Translations under genes and position numbers: made by a program
In this document: piece after piece, positions 1-11,379 of the stretch
Position numbering within the stretch: position 1 is the first letter of the stretch
Layout of the letters: the number at the start of each line of letters is the position of its first letter
Notes under the pieces: generated by a model
What the model saw: the letters and a program-made list of their open reading frames with translations, nothing else
What the model was told of the DNA's origin: nothing
Database searches by the model: none
Assembly (NCBI GenBank): GCA_017499595.2
Contig: CM039005.1
Coordinates: forward strand, 3,100,001 to 3,164,000
DNA from: Psilocybe cubensis
Lineage: Eukaryota
DNA: 64,000 nucleotides
Direction: 5' to 3'

Positions 1-216
1 TAGAAAGCTATGCAGTTTGATGGTTGACTGATCCGTCGCATAGCCTTGATGATCTGACGAAGTGACATGATCCGGAATAACGTGGCTTCCATGTGACAAG
101 TGTTGATAAGATAAGATGTGTGGATGACTTATGGAAAGAATGACTGCTTGGGTTGAGGGCGTCGTGTGTAGATCCAAAATGAACATCTCATCTCCAATCA
201 GGATTGGGGTATGATA
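1..216 (-). mobile_element. Partial LTR (5' start) of a second copy or solo LTR of the same Ty3/Gypsy family, running out of the window
   Basis: Reverse complement of 1-216 matches the first 216 nt of the LTRs at 1588 and 11380 (TATCATACCCCAATCCTGATTGG...); it carries the GGAAGCCAC allele of the 3' LTR. On the minus strand it is preceded by ATGC, not the PPT, so it is a 5' or solo LTR. Confidence 0.95.
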
Positions 217-526
217 GCATGCCTTGGCTGTATTGGCAAATTATTTGATTTGAGCGGTAGATATGGAGGATAACTCTGCAAATCTATCAAAAACATACTC
301 ATTTCAATAGATCCTCGGATTTATTTAGAAAAAAGGAGTGCTAAAGTACATATTTCTGCCATGTTTGTATCAAAGTAAGGTCATTCTATGCATTGATGTG
401 TAGAAAAAGTCAAGGTCTCTCAAAATTTGTTCATTTTTAATCGTTGTGCTCGGGGAATTGTTCAATTTTTTCGCTGCTGTGCTTTCTAAAAAACCTCTCT
501 TATATTCAGCTAGTGTCGTCGATCCA

Positions 527-1587
527 ATGCCAAACCCTGGAATATTCAAAGGTGCTCGCAAAGAATTTTTGCTTACACAAAAGGGCATATACGCAGATGC
601 TGTCAAGAACGGGCATGTCGCTGAGACGCTGATGACTATCCAACGTCGGTATTTCAAGCGATTCCCCGTCGAAATGCCTCTCGACCAAGAACCAACTTCA
701 GAGGCTCTGGCGGCAGTAAATGATGACGCCCCCGATGAAGACATTGTGGAACCGGACCGGGACTTGTTATCCGAAGACGAGTATAATGCGCAGATGGCTG
801 CTTTCAAGTCTAGGCAGACTGTGCTTGTTGTTCGAAAAGGAGTAAGATTCATTCAAAACAATAAATTCATGTCTGTTGATAACATTTTAATGAAGCAATT
901 GAGACGATGGTTTGCCTACCAGTATGCCCGTGAAAATGGTTCCAAGATGAACGCCAACATTACTCTGCTCGCCGGTCTTCTTCAACGAATTTATAATCCG
1001 GGTCAGGAATCACAGCGTCCTCGACTCAAAGCTCCAGTTAATGTGTGGAGAAAGTCTCAGCGTGAGGCAATTGATAAGGCCTATGAGGACGAAGTTGCGC
1101 GTGCTAAAGAGCAAGGAGAGACCAGGGCAAAGGCAAACAAGGCAGCGGATCGAGATAGGATTGCCAGATCCATGTTTCAAGCCCTTCCGATTGGCGAGCA
1201 GGCCTACTGGAAGAAAGTGGCTCAAGAAGAACACGATGCTGCGATGGCAAAGTTCAAAGCCGAATCATCAGGCGCTCCCCCTTCAACTGATCCAAGAGAG
1301 CGTCAGAGGTATACATTATTGTAAAATCTTGAACATATTTGCTAATTTGTAAACGTAGATCGATTCAAAGTTTGCCTCAGATTCTTCAGCCTATCTTGGA
1401 TGCGATATGTGCCGCAACGGGATGGAAAGCTACGCTCATCGCTGGGGGTCCAGAACCTGCGAGAGGAGGTCATTTGAGTGTGATTAGGTAGGCAGTTCTT
1501 CTTTGTTTGCTTAGTTGTAAACCTTTACTCACGAGTCACTTCAATGTATGTGCCTAGTTTACATTCAGGGGTGACGTCGGGGGACGT
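527..1587 (+). pseudogene. 5' part of a spliced hypothetical gene (MPNPGIFKGARKEFL... family) interrupted by the LTR retrotransposon
   Basis: ATG at 527, long ORF to ~1308 with probable short GT-AG introns, further exons ...GWKATLIAGGPEPARGGHLSVI... and LHSGVTSGD directly abutting the LTR at 1588. Confidence 0.8.
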
Positions 1588-3216
1588 TATCATACCCCAA
1601 TCCTGATTGGAGATGAGATGTTCATTTTGGATCTACACACGACGCCCTCAACCCAAGCAGTCATTCTTTCCATAAGTCATCCACACATCTTATCTTATCA
1701 ACACTTGTCACATGGAAGCCAAGTTATTCCGGATCATGTCACTTCGTCAGATCATCAAGGCTATGCGACGGATCAGTCAACCATCAAACTGCATAGCTTT
1801 CTACACTGCCTTGCACAGCCGGACTGTCAACTCTATTTTTATCAATTCAATGGTCTTACTCAGCGTCAGGCTGCGGATTACTCATTCCAACTTATTTTTG
1901 GTTTGTCTTACTCATCCTTTTGTGTTTATTTATATCTTTTCTATTGTCTGTTGCGCTTTTATTGTCTTTGTCTTACCAATCTTCTATGCTTTCTGACTCA
2001 TCCTTGCTTCTTTTATCTAATCTGTATTACCATTCACCTTCGTCATACACTTCTTTCTTACTCATCCTATTCATTTCTTATCTGTCGTCGTGTCGATATT
2101 GACATGTCTTATTGTTCTTGCTTATTGTTACACTTGCGTAGCCTCATTCTTGACACTTTGTACAGTATATGACTCGGTTTTCAGTAGCTTAGATTGGTAT
2201 TTCGTTCACGTAGCTTTTAGTATAAAAGCTGTAGTAGAATTACACGAAACGATAGGAAAGTTACACCCAGTCCCCACTTTCTTCAAAGCAAGTCAATTTT
2301 CATCTAAGTCAAGTCAATTTCAAGTCAATCCACATCGATTCATTTCAATTCCAAGCTCAAGTTCAAGCCAAGCCCAAACCCAAGTCCAATTCAGTCATCA
2401 GTTCCACCCTCCGTCGAGACCAAGTTTACTTCCATTCATCCGAAGTCATCTCGCTTTCCATTAAGAGAGGATTTCATCCGAGACCAGTCATCCTCCTCAT
2501 CCAACGCCTCTTCTTCTCAGCATTGAATATCCAACTTCTATCCAGACCTCCAGTACTTCCCTACTTCCTCTCCTCCATTCAATCCGTCACCGCTCCTACT
2601 CTTTCTACACCTTCCAACCATCGCCGTTAGGAGTGTATTCAAGACATCCTTTCCCTCCGTCAACTCATCTGGAGCGATTTCATTCGAGACAGACTTAGTC
2701 TTTCATCCTCGATTCAGTCAATACTCCTGCGACGTATAGCTTCATTCCAAGCTTCAGAAAGATTGTCAATTTAAAGACACTTTCACCATTCTTCAAGATT
2801 CAGCCCGTTAACGACATTCCGACTCCTAGTCATCTTCTTATCTCCCCTCGGAACGTTCCCCACTCACTTCAGACAACCCCTCTAAGATTCACATTTATTG
2901 ATTTCTCATACGCAATCTACGCATCTTCTTCACGCTTTCCATATACACCCGCCATCCAATTCCACGGTTCCATCCCATTTTCGGAAGGCTTATTTACTAT
3001 TGTACCCAGACGACCCGGTTATCCTCTTCTTACTATTTCGCTTTCATTACCCTTCACAATCCACACCATCCTAATCTACTTAAATCCTAGGCAGCGTCCT
3101 CCCTTAAGAAACTTAGGAGAAGGTTTCGTCCTATCCAGTCTGGACCACTCTTTCCCTGGGGTTTGTGTTTGTTGGATTACATATAGTTTATAACCAATCA
3201 CAAACTTCGATCTTCA
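1588..3216 (+). repeat. 5' LTR (TATCA...CTTCA)
   Basis: Direct repeat of 11380-13008; I found about 5 substitutions by eye over 1629 bp. Confidence 0.97.
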
Positions 3217-3218
3217 TC

Positions 3219-3235
3219 TGGAGCCCACCGCGAGG
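3219..3235 (+). other. Primer-binding site, probably for a tRNA-Lys-like primer
   Basis: TGGAGCCCACCGCGAGG two nt after the LTR is complementary to a tRNA 3' end ...GGTGGGCTCCA; fungal tRNA-Lys(CUU) ends in GGGCU-CCA. The isoacceptor assignment is tentative. Confidence 0.7.
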
Positions 3236-3411
3236 GAGGGTTAATTAGGATTTTGTATTAGGAACACAGCAATCTACCACTTTATCACTTCCATTCCATC
3301 CATTTCGACTCTTTTTCTTTACAGGTTACTTCGCTTCGCTGGTCTATTCTCTAGGCAACTCTAGGCAACAATTCTAGGCGACACTTTCTGACTCTGTAAC
3401 TGGTTTACGCT

Positions 3412-6400
3412 ATGACTGATTCTGGCAATCCGCTTCCATCCTCTACTCCCACTATGGCTACTACCATCATCCAACGTACTCCTGTCGATATGCCTGTTCC
3501 TAAATCTAGTGCTGCTCCAAAATTCACTGGATCTTACATTGACGTCAAGAACTTCTTGGATCACTGCGACCGCATTTTTGATCAGTACAATGTCACTCTC
3601 GACGATGACAAAGTACGATACATGGTTCAATGCTGCAACCAAGAGAGCAGAGAAATCATTGAAGGTTTACCCAGCCACCATGCCAAGCAATGGGAACGAC
3701 TCAAGACTGATATGCTCAAGATCTTTGATCATGCTAGGACAACGCAGAAGTTCACGTTGAGTACTCTTCGTGCTTACGCTTTCCAACACTCCAATCTTTC
3801 TATGCGCTCTCTCGACGACTTCCGCGAGTATCAGAAGCAATACATTCACATCGCTGGTTGGCTTCTCAACAACAACAAGATATCCAAGACGGAATACAAT
3901 CAATACTTCTGGCTAGGAATCAATGAATCCCTCCGACCTGCGCTCGAAAGCAAGATCATGGTCTTTAATCCTCATATCGATCTCTCCTCACCTTTTTCCA
4001 TTGAAGACGTCACCAAGGCAGTTGAAATCATCTTTAAACGAGACCGCTTTGACGTTGGAATCTTTGACAATCCTTCTGCACGCCCCTTCACGTCTCTTAT
4101 TCCTCCAAAGGATTCGTATCCAGAGCGCTCATCAGTCTTTGACGAGATCAAGAAGTACTTACAGGAGATGTTTCCTAACATTGAGACACGCGATGCCCGT
4201 GAACGTCCATACAATCCCCCGGAAGAGACCAAGCGCATTTTTCAGGATCTAGACAAGGAAGAGAAGCAAGCGCACAAGGACGACAAAGTGGAGAACTTGA
4301 TCAAGCAGATGTCGAAGCTCACCATCCATGATTCTTCGTACGCCATTTATTATCTTCGCGCCATCAAGTTGGAACCCGCTCTTGCTAACATGCTCATTGC
4401 TCCGGCCATTATGAATCCAAGTGCACAGCCAGCTCAGCCAGTCCCAATCGCAAGTCAGTCAGCACCTCCAGCACCACGAGCACCACGTCAGTCCGCATCC
4501 GAGATCATCTGCTATGGTTGCCACCAACAAGGCCATGGAATCAACAACTGCCCGACGCTCATTGATCTTACAAACCGCAAGCTCATCTCCAGAGACAGTA
4601 GCAATCGAGTTGTCTTCCCTGATGGATCCCGCATTATTCGCCAGAATGGAGAGTCAATCGCACAAGCAGTCCTTCGTCAACAACAGCCTCCTCCTCCTCC
4701 TCCTCAAGTTGCTACCACAAGCATAGCCGTATCCGAAGCATATTATGGTCAGATGTTCAAGAACTACAGAGCCATGGTTGCAGAAGAAGAAGAGGACGAC
4801 ATTGGAACCTGGGATGGAGAAGACGAGTTTGAGTTTACGCTGGCAGGTCCTGGTAATCGAATCCCAACTGAAAAGCGAACACGTGCTGCACGCAAACAGG
4901 TCATGGACGCTGTGGTACCTCCGGAACCCGCGTATCTGAAAGGGAAGCGAGCGGAAATGAGTAAAGCTAAGGATTCTTCTCAGATCCCATCTATTCTTAA
5001 ACGTCCGGCTAACTCTGGATTGCCGAACAATGTGCCTAGCTCCACTTCCATTCAACCTGTCCCAATCCCGTCAATTAATCAACCTTCTGCCGAAATGAAT
5101 CCATCAATTCCTGTCAAACAAGCTCAACCCAATGTCCCGATTAGGGCAAATCCAACGGAACATCCCGAGACTGCCCAACGACACGAGGTTTTTGATCCGG
5201 CCGATGATGATCAAATCATGGAAGATGTCACTCCTAGTCTAGAACGAGGCAAATCAGTTACCAAGCCACGTGCAGCACCTCAGAAACGTGTCTCTGACAT
5301 ATCCCAAACTGTCGACACTATGGCCATTCTCAGACGATGCCTTAATCAACCCGTTAATGCGACGTTCGGCGAGCTACTTGGAGTTTCAAAGGACCTTAGG
5401 ACCCTTCTTATCAACAGCATCAAAGGCAAGACCCTTACTGTCGACGAATTCAAAGCTTCATTGGCAAACGGCAACTTAAAGCTTTCCGATAAGGAAGTTC
5501 TAGACATCATTCGCAGTGCCGAAAAGGACGTACCTGTTCAATACATGCACGAGACCAATTCAGTCGAATCCCTTCGCGCTCACGAGCCCCTTCTTCGAAT
5601 CACATTAATGTGTAATGGTCACGAACTCAATGCCTTGATTGACAGTGGATCTACGCAGAACATTCTAAGCGAACAGGCTTGGAAGAAGATTGTCAAGTTG
5701 CCGATGGACAGCCGGAATACTATTGTTATGGTCGATATTCATGGCGGCAAATCCCACATGCTTGGATTCGTTGGAAATGTTCAACTTGATATTGGTACAG
5801 TCAGGACGCGTGCTCATTGCTATGTATCCGACAAAGTCCAGTTTGATATACTCTTGGGACGTCCATGGACCCGTGACAACTATGTGGACATTCTAGAACG
5901 ACCCGAAGGGACCTTCATTGCCTTCTATGATGTCAAAGATCCTACACGTGAGCAGAAATTCCTTGTGACACCTGATACTCAGCACGACCGGCGTTACTTC
6001 ACGGATACCATTTACGACAAGACCCCCCACACAATGTTAGCACACAACGACCTCTCCTTAGCTAATCCGGATGCCGAAGAAGGTGAAATTGAAGAAGATC
6101 TAGAATCCGGTGAATTATTGGACGACCTTCGCTATCCATCACCTACCCCTTCTATGATCGAGTTATCTATCCTTACTAGGCAACAATCTCTGAATCGGGA
6201 CGAATCTGCTAACCCAAATGAGGACTTATCCACTTCACAAGATGCACCCTCTTTCTCTGACTCCAACTGCGAACATGACTCGACTCAGGACTCCTCTCAC
6301 GGTCTCTACGCTTCCGATTATGACTCAATGTATCAAGATGACTCGGGAACTTCTCAATTCAATGCGACAGCCCATTATGGTCATATTTCCACACCACCTT

Positions 6401-7293
6401 ACGATTCCACACATGAGGCCCCACAAATAGAACAGCCACCATCACCATCTGTCAATCCGTCCATCAAATCCCACACTTCAGACAATAACAACCCACATGA
6501 AGAAGAACCAGCTGACGACGATCCAGAAATGGAACAATTGAGCTCACCCGAAGTAGAAGCTATTCAATTCTCTTCTGACAATACTCACCTTACGGCTATG
6601 GGAATGCTCAACCCCCACTTGCGCTTTGAAGACTGGATTCTATACGACGCCACTTATTCTTCTCCTACTTGTGTTGTTTCTGACCGAACAGGAACGGCCT
6701 TTGTCCATTATGTTTATCCGCAGAGAGACAGCCATATAAACTTGACGACGACTCCAACTATTCTACACTTCAGTCGCACTGGTATCTCGTCTCAATCTAA
6801 CCACTCTGCTTCAGTCAGTGCCTATCCAATGGGCCAACGTCACTCAGCATCCTGGACTCATTTTATTCCCCAATCCATTCGCTCTCAAAACGCTTCTTCT
6901 ATTCCCCAACCTCATTCCCGAAATTCTGCTCTTCCAGAGACGCCTCTTTCGATTATGATTCACCAAGAAACACGTGTATCATCGACGGTCACCGCAAATG
7001 TAGACGAGCATCATCGAGGCCCAAAAGCTTTGGTACATCCTCTGCGAGTAGCCCACGACAGTCCGAAGGAGCCATTAAACGAGGATGAAGAAGAGCTACG
7101 AATCGCTCAAAATGGCAAAGAGGTCGACCACAATTCTTCCCTTTTACCTTTTCCAATAACCAGCACAATGCACGAATCGCGAGCTTCAAATATGGACGAT
7201 GGAAACGAATGGTACTATCAGTATGGAGAAGAAAGTCCCTTTTGTATTGACAACACGGAAGAGCATCCCTTGGACGCCAACACATTGTACTGA
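3412..7293 (+). CDS. gag: Gag-protease polyprotein (1293 aa)
   Basis: N-terminal gag-like region (APKFTG...), CCHC knuckle CYGCHQQGHGINNC, aspartic protease motifs ALIDSGS and DILLGRPW, long acidic Ser/Pro-rich tail. Confidence 0.93.
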   Translation: MTDSGNPLPSSTPTMATTIIQRTPVDMPVPKSSAAPKFTGSYIDVKNFLDHCDRIFDQYNVTLDDDKVRYMVQCCNQESREIIEGLPSHHAKQWERLKTDMLKIFDHARTTQKFTLSTLRAYAFQHSNLSMRSLDDFREYQKQYIHIAGWLLNNNKISKTEYNQYFWLGINESLRPALESKIMVFNPHIDLSSPFSIEDVTKAVEIIFKRDRFDVGIFDNPSARPFTSLIPPKDSYPERSSVFDEIKKYLQEMFPNIETRDARERPYNPPEETKRIFQDLDKEEKQAHKDDKVENLIKQMSKLTIHDSSYAIYYLRAIKLEPALANMLIAPAIMNPSAQPAQPVPIASQSAPPAPRAPRQSASEIICYGCHQQGHGINNCPTLIDLTNRKLISRDSSNRVVFPDGSRIIRQNGESIAQAVLRQQQPPPPPPQVATTSIAVSEAYYGQMFKNYRAMVAEEEEDDIGTWDGEDEFEFTLAGPGNRIPTEKRTRAARKQVMDAVVPPEPAYLKGKRAEMSKAKDSSQIPSILKRPANSGLPNNVPSSTSIQPVPIPSINQPSAEMNPSIPVKQAQPNVPIRANPTEHPETAQRHEVFDPADDDQIMEDVTPSLERGKSVTKPRAAPQKRVSDISQTVDTMAILRRCLNQPVNATFGELLGVSKDLRTLLINSIKGKTLTVDEFKASLANGNLKLSDKEVLDIIRSAEKDVPVQYMHETNSVESLRAHEPLLRITLMCNGHELNALIDSGSTQNILSEQAWKKIVKLPMDSRNTIVMVDIHGGKSHMLGFVGNVQLDIGTVRTRAHCYVSDKVQFDILLGRPWTRDNYVDILERPEGTFIAFYDVKDPTREQKFLVTPDTQHDRRYFTDTIYDKTPHTMLAHNDLSLANPDAEEGEIEEDLESGELLDDLRYPSPTPSMIELSILTRQQSLNRDESANPNEDLSTSQDAPSFSDSNCEHDSTQDSSHGLYASDYDSMYQDDSGTSQFNATAHYGHISTPPYDSTHEAPQIEQPPSPSVNPSIKSHTSDNNNPHEEEPADDDPEMEQLSSPEVEAIQFSSDNTHLTAMGMLNPHLRFEDWILYDATYSSPTCVVSDRTGTAFVHYVYPQRDSHINLTTTPTILHFSRTGISSQSNHSASVSAYPMGQRHSASWTHFIPQSIRSQNASSIPQPHSRNSALPETPLSIMIHQETRVSSTVTANVDEHHRGPKALVHPLRVAHDSPKEPLNEDEEELRIAQNGKEVDHNSSLLPFPITSTMHESRASNMDDGNEWYYQYGEESPFCIDNTEEHPLDANTLY

Positions 7294-7308
7294 CTATCTG
7301 GACGGTGC

Positions 7309-10300
7309 ATGGACATCAGCTTGCTTCCTCAACGCCCTCTCTTTGTTCTCCGATCCCCTCAATTTTTCTTTGTCACCTTTGCTGTTGCTGGTGTTTCTTC
7401 TTCCTCATTGTTATGCCTTTATTCCACCTCCCATTTTATTTCCACATTTTGCGTTTCTCTTTTCCATTTCATGGACACTTATGTAGATTTTTCATTTGTG
7501 CAACGAGTTCTTGAACGCCTCCACTTTTCTTTTATGCGCCTTTTCCTCACATTCACACTCTCAATGGCAACTCCACGCCATACAACCTTTTCCTTTACCT
7601 TTTATTTTCATTTTCTTTCCACTTTATCCATTTGTATGTACGTCGACCGAAAAGTCGTTAAACTAACCTTTATTTATTCCTCCCTTTTATTTATTTGTTC
7701 CACCCCCGCTTTACCACTTCAGTCCGCAAACAAATCCTCAGGTCACCTATTGCAGAGTTCTTGGAGAAACACGCGCAACCTCCCAAAGGAATGCTATACG
7801 GAATCTCTATCTCCAATATACACCACCATCATGCCTCCAATACACCTCGAACTCCTACAGAATCGGGAAGGGCTTCATCTTATCCACAAAGAGCGAAAAA
7901 TCAAGCTTACGGACAAGATAAGAAGGACGACCACTCCATTACCTCTGATGGGTCAAGACCTACAGAAATTTCGGATAGATCAAAGCATTTATGCAAGATC
8001 ATGGTCACTTAATTCAGATATTACTGCTAAACCCACCGTCAACCGAACTAATTCGGCAAGGTCGTCAAGCTCTCCTACAATTGGTTTTGTATTCACTGCC
8101 GCGTCAGGATCGACACTATCAACCTTCCGAGCCTCCATGAATCAATTCATATCACCTATTCTTTCCCCCTCTTCTGCCAATACAGCCTATAAACGAGTCG
8201 ATCGGAAAGTTAGACCTATAAATCGGGTTACTCCAGAATCGGCCAAAGTTATACGACGAATTCCTGTTGATCCCTTATTATCTCTCCCACCTCTCCCACT
8301 CCATCCCCCTGCCTTTACGCCAACAACCAGACTCACTCTTGAACGCATACAATCAATGAACATTAACGCCAACAAATTCCTATGGCCGGAAGAAGAAAAG
8401 CTTTTCCTTCATATTCTTAAACTCAATGAACGCTCACTCGCTTTTCATCAGTCCGAACGTGGAACATTTTCTGAAGAATACTTCTCTCCATACATCTTTC
8501 CTGTTGAGGATCACGAGCCCTGGGTAGTCCGAAATATTCCTATTCCACCCGGCATCAAGGATCAAGTTATCAGTCTCTTACGTGAAAAGATAGACGCTGG
8601 AGTATACGAACCAAGCCAAGCTCCGTATCGCTCTCCAATTTTCTGGGTCAAGAAGAAGACATCTGGTGCTATCCGTCTAGTTCATGATCTGCAGATTCTT
8701 AACTCTATTTCCTATCGCGACGCAGGAGTTCCTCCAGTTCTTGACGACTTTGTGGTTCCCTTTGCTGGTCATTCTATTTACACGGTCTTTGACTTATATT
8801 GGGGATATGACGCACGCAAAATCCATCCTATGAGCCGAGATCTTACCACATTCCAGTCGCCTATTGGACCTCTTCGACTTACTTCAATGCCTATGGGATA
8901 TACGAATGCAGTAGCGGAATTTCAAGCCTGTACAACTTTCATCCTTCGTGACGAGATCCCTCACGTAGCCAATGTCTTTATCGACGATGTTCCTATCAAA
9001 GGCCCTCCAACACAGTACTTAGACGAGGACGGCAATCCAGAAACACTTCCAGAAAATCCAGGAATACGACGATTTGTCTGGGAACACGCTCAAGATGTTC
9101 ATCGAGTTATGCACCGCATGGGATGTGCTGGTGCTACATTTTCTGGACCAAAGACTCAGCTCGCTCAGCCTAAAGTTCTTATCCTTGGACAGTTATGCAC
9201 TCCGGATGGACGACTACCCGATCAGAGTAAGATACAGAAAGTCACTGATTGGCCACGACCAAAGTCTGTTCACGACATCCGATCCTTTCTAGGTCTATGC
9301 GGAACAATGCGTGTTTGGATCAGAAATTACTCAGCCCTTGTCCGACCACTCACAGAACTCTATTGTAAGGACGAACCCTTTGTCTGGACTCAACAACGAG
9401 AAGACTCTTTCCAAACTCTCAAAGAAATCATTTCCAATCCTCCTGTTCTCACTTCTATTGACTATTCATCCGATCGCCCAGTTATTCTTGCCGTGGACAC
9501 TTCTCACATTGCTATTGGTATTATTCTCTATCAGCTTGACAAAGAAGGCATCCGACGACCTGTCCGCTATGGTTCTATCTCACTTAATCCACGAGAAGCA
9601 CGATACAGTCAGCCCAAGCTTGAGTTATATGGTCTTTTCCGTGCTCTTCGAGAATTCCGCCTCTATCTTATTGGAGTCAAGAACCTCTACGTTGAAGTCG
9701 ACGCCAAGTACATCAAAGGCATGCTCAATCAGCCTGACTTGCAGCCTAGTGCTAGTATGAATCGATGGATACAAGGCATTCTTCTCTTTGACTTCAAGCT
9801 CATCCATGTAAAGGCCGGTAATCATCGTGGACCTGATGGACTTTCAAGGCGACAACCAACTTCTGAAGAGTTAGAAGAACCTCAAGAAGACGATGACTGG
9901 CTCGACGATATTGCTCTTCTTAATACGGTCAAATTTTTCCCTACTTTTCTTTTTACTCCCTCTTCTATGCCATCGTATGACTCTATCTCGCTTCCTTCTT
10001 TTATTGCTTCTTCTTCTTCTCAAGAACGGACACTTCGACAAATTCTTCAATTTCTTACAGACCAAACTATACCCCCTTTTCCCAATTTGCAGTCCCGACG
10101 ACGATTCCTTGCTCGCGCTACTCAGTACTATCTCAAAGATGATCAACTCTATCGACGACGACAAGGAAGACCTCCACTCTTGGTTATTCTAGATCCAGAC
10201 AAGCGACGTCTCATTCTTACTCAAGCTCATGAAGAACTCGGACATCGAGGAGTATACGGTGTGTTTGGAGTTATTCGCATTCGGTTTTTCTGGCCATTTC

Positions 10301-11321
10301 TTTTTCAGGATATCAAGCATCATCTCGCTACTTGCCATGAATGTCAGATCAGATCCACCAAGAAAAGCGAAGTTCCTATCACTATCACAGCTACCCCAAC
10401 TATCTTCACTATCATCAATGTCGACGTCATGTACATGCCCAAGTCTGGACGCTTCCGATACGTAGTCCTAGCCCGAGACGACTTATCACGTGCACCTGAA
10501 GGACGTGCCCTCAAGTCTTTACGTTCCGAAGAGCTGGCCACTTTCTTTTGGGAAGAAGTCATATGCCGATATGGTGCTATTGCTATTGTACGCACGGACA
10601 ATGGAGTAGAAGTCTCTGGCGCTTTCAGTCTTTTGATGGAAAAGTACGGCATTCCTCAAGTTCGCATTTCTCCTTACAACTCTAAAGCCAATGGATCTAT
10701 TGAACGTGGTCACATTGACTTCCGTGAATCCATTCTCAAAGCTTGCGGCGACCGACCTCTAGACTGGCCACATCCCCTTTCTACGTCATGCATGGTGTTC
10801 ATCCTGTTCTTCCATTTGATCTCCTTGAAGCCACATTTCTAGTTGATGGATTCCGACAAGGAATGAGTTCCGAAGATCTCCTAGCTCTCCGTGTTCGACA
10901 ACTCATGGAACGAGATGAAGACTTAGCCAACATAGCCGACGTTCTGAAACAATCACGACTTCAATCCAAAGCTACTTTTGAACGACGATTTGCTCGACGT
11001 CTTCGACAAGAAAGCTTCAAGTTTGGTGATCTAGTCCTCGTTAGGAACAGTCAAGTCGAGAAGAAGATGAATCGCAAGCACAAGCCACGATACCTTGGAC
11101 CTTACGAAGTTGTACGACAGACACGAGGAGGATCATATGTGCTTAGAGAACTTAATGGTACACAACTGGCTCAAGGCGTAGCTGCTTTCCGACTTCTTCG
11201 CTATTTTCCACGAGACGGTTCAGTCATTCCTCGACCTCAGCTAGACCGGATGATCAGAGAACTTGGACACGAGAGTGAGGAAGATGAAGACACATGGAGC
11301 GACGATATGGACGATTTCTAA
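7309..11321 (+). CDS. pol: Pol (RT-RNase H-integrase), with a frame break at ~10770 after the integrase core
   Basis: RT motifs DLYWGY, MPMGYTN, FIDD; RNase H VDTS...YSQPKLEL...DGLSR; integrase HHCC (HEELGH...CHEC), D-D-E (DVMY, TDNG, IERGH); GPY/F module in the shifted frame 10743-11321; no chromodomain seen. True start uncertain. Confidence 0.93.
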
Positions 11322-11370
11322 TCTATCCCCCCCTTCCTTCCGCAACCGGGGACGGTTGATTTCTCAAGTT

Positions 11371-11379
11371 TGGGACGGA
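11371..11379 (+). other. Short imperfect polypurine tract
   Basis: TGGGACGGA immediately 5' of the 3' LTR. Confidence 0.45.

Noticed and set aside
446..526. ORF-track start upstream of MPNPG, and other GTG/TTG starts in the track
   Set aside because: The track uses prokaryotic start codons; this is intron-containing eukaryotic DNA, so ATG 527 is preferred and most short track ORFs are exon pieces or noise.
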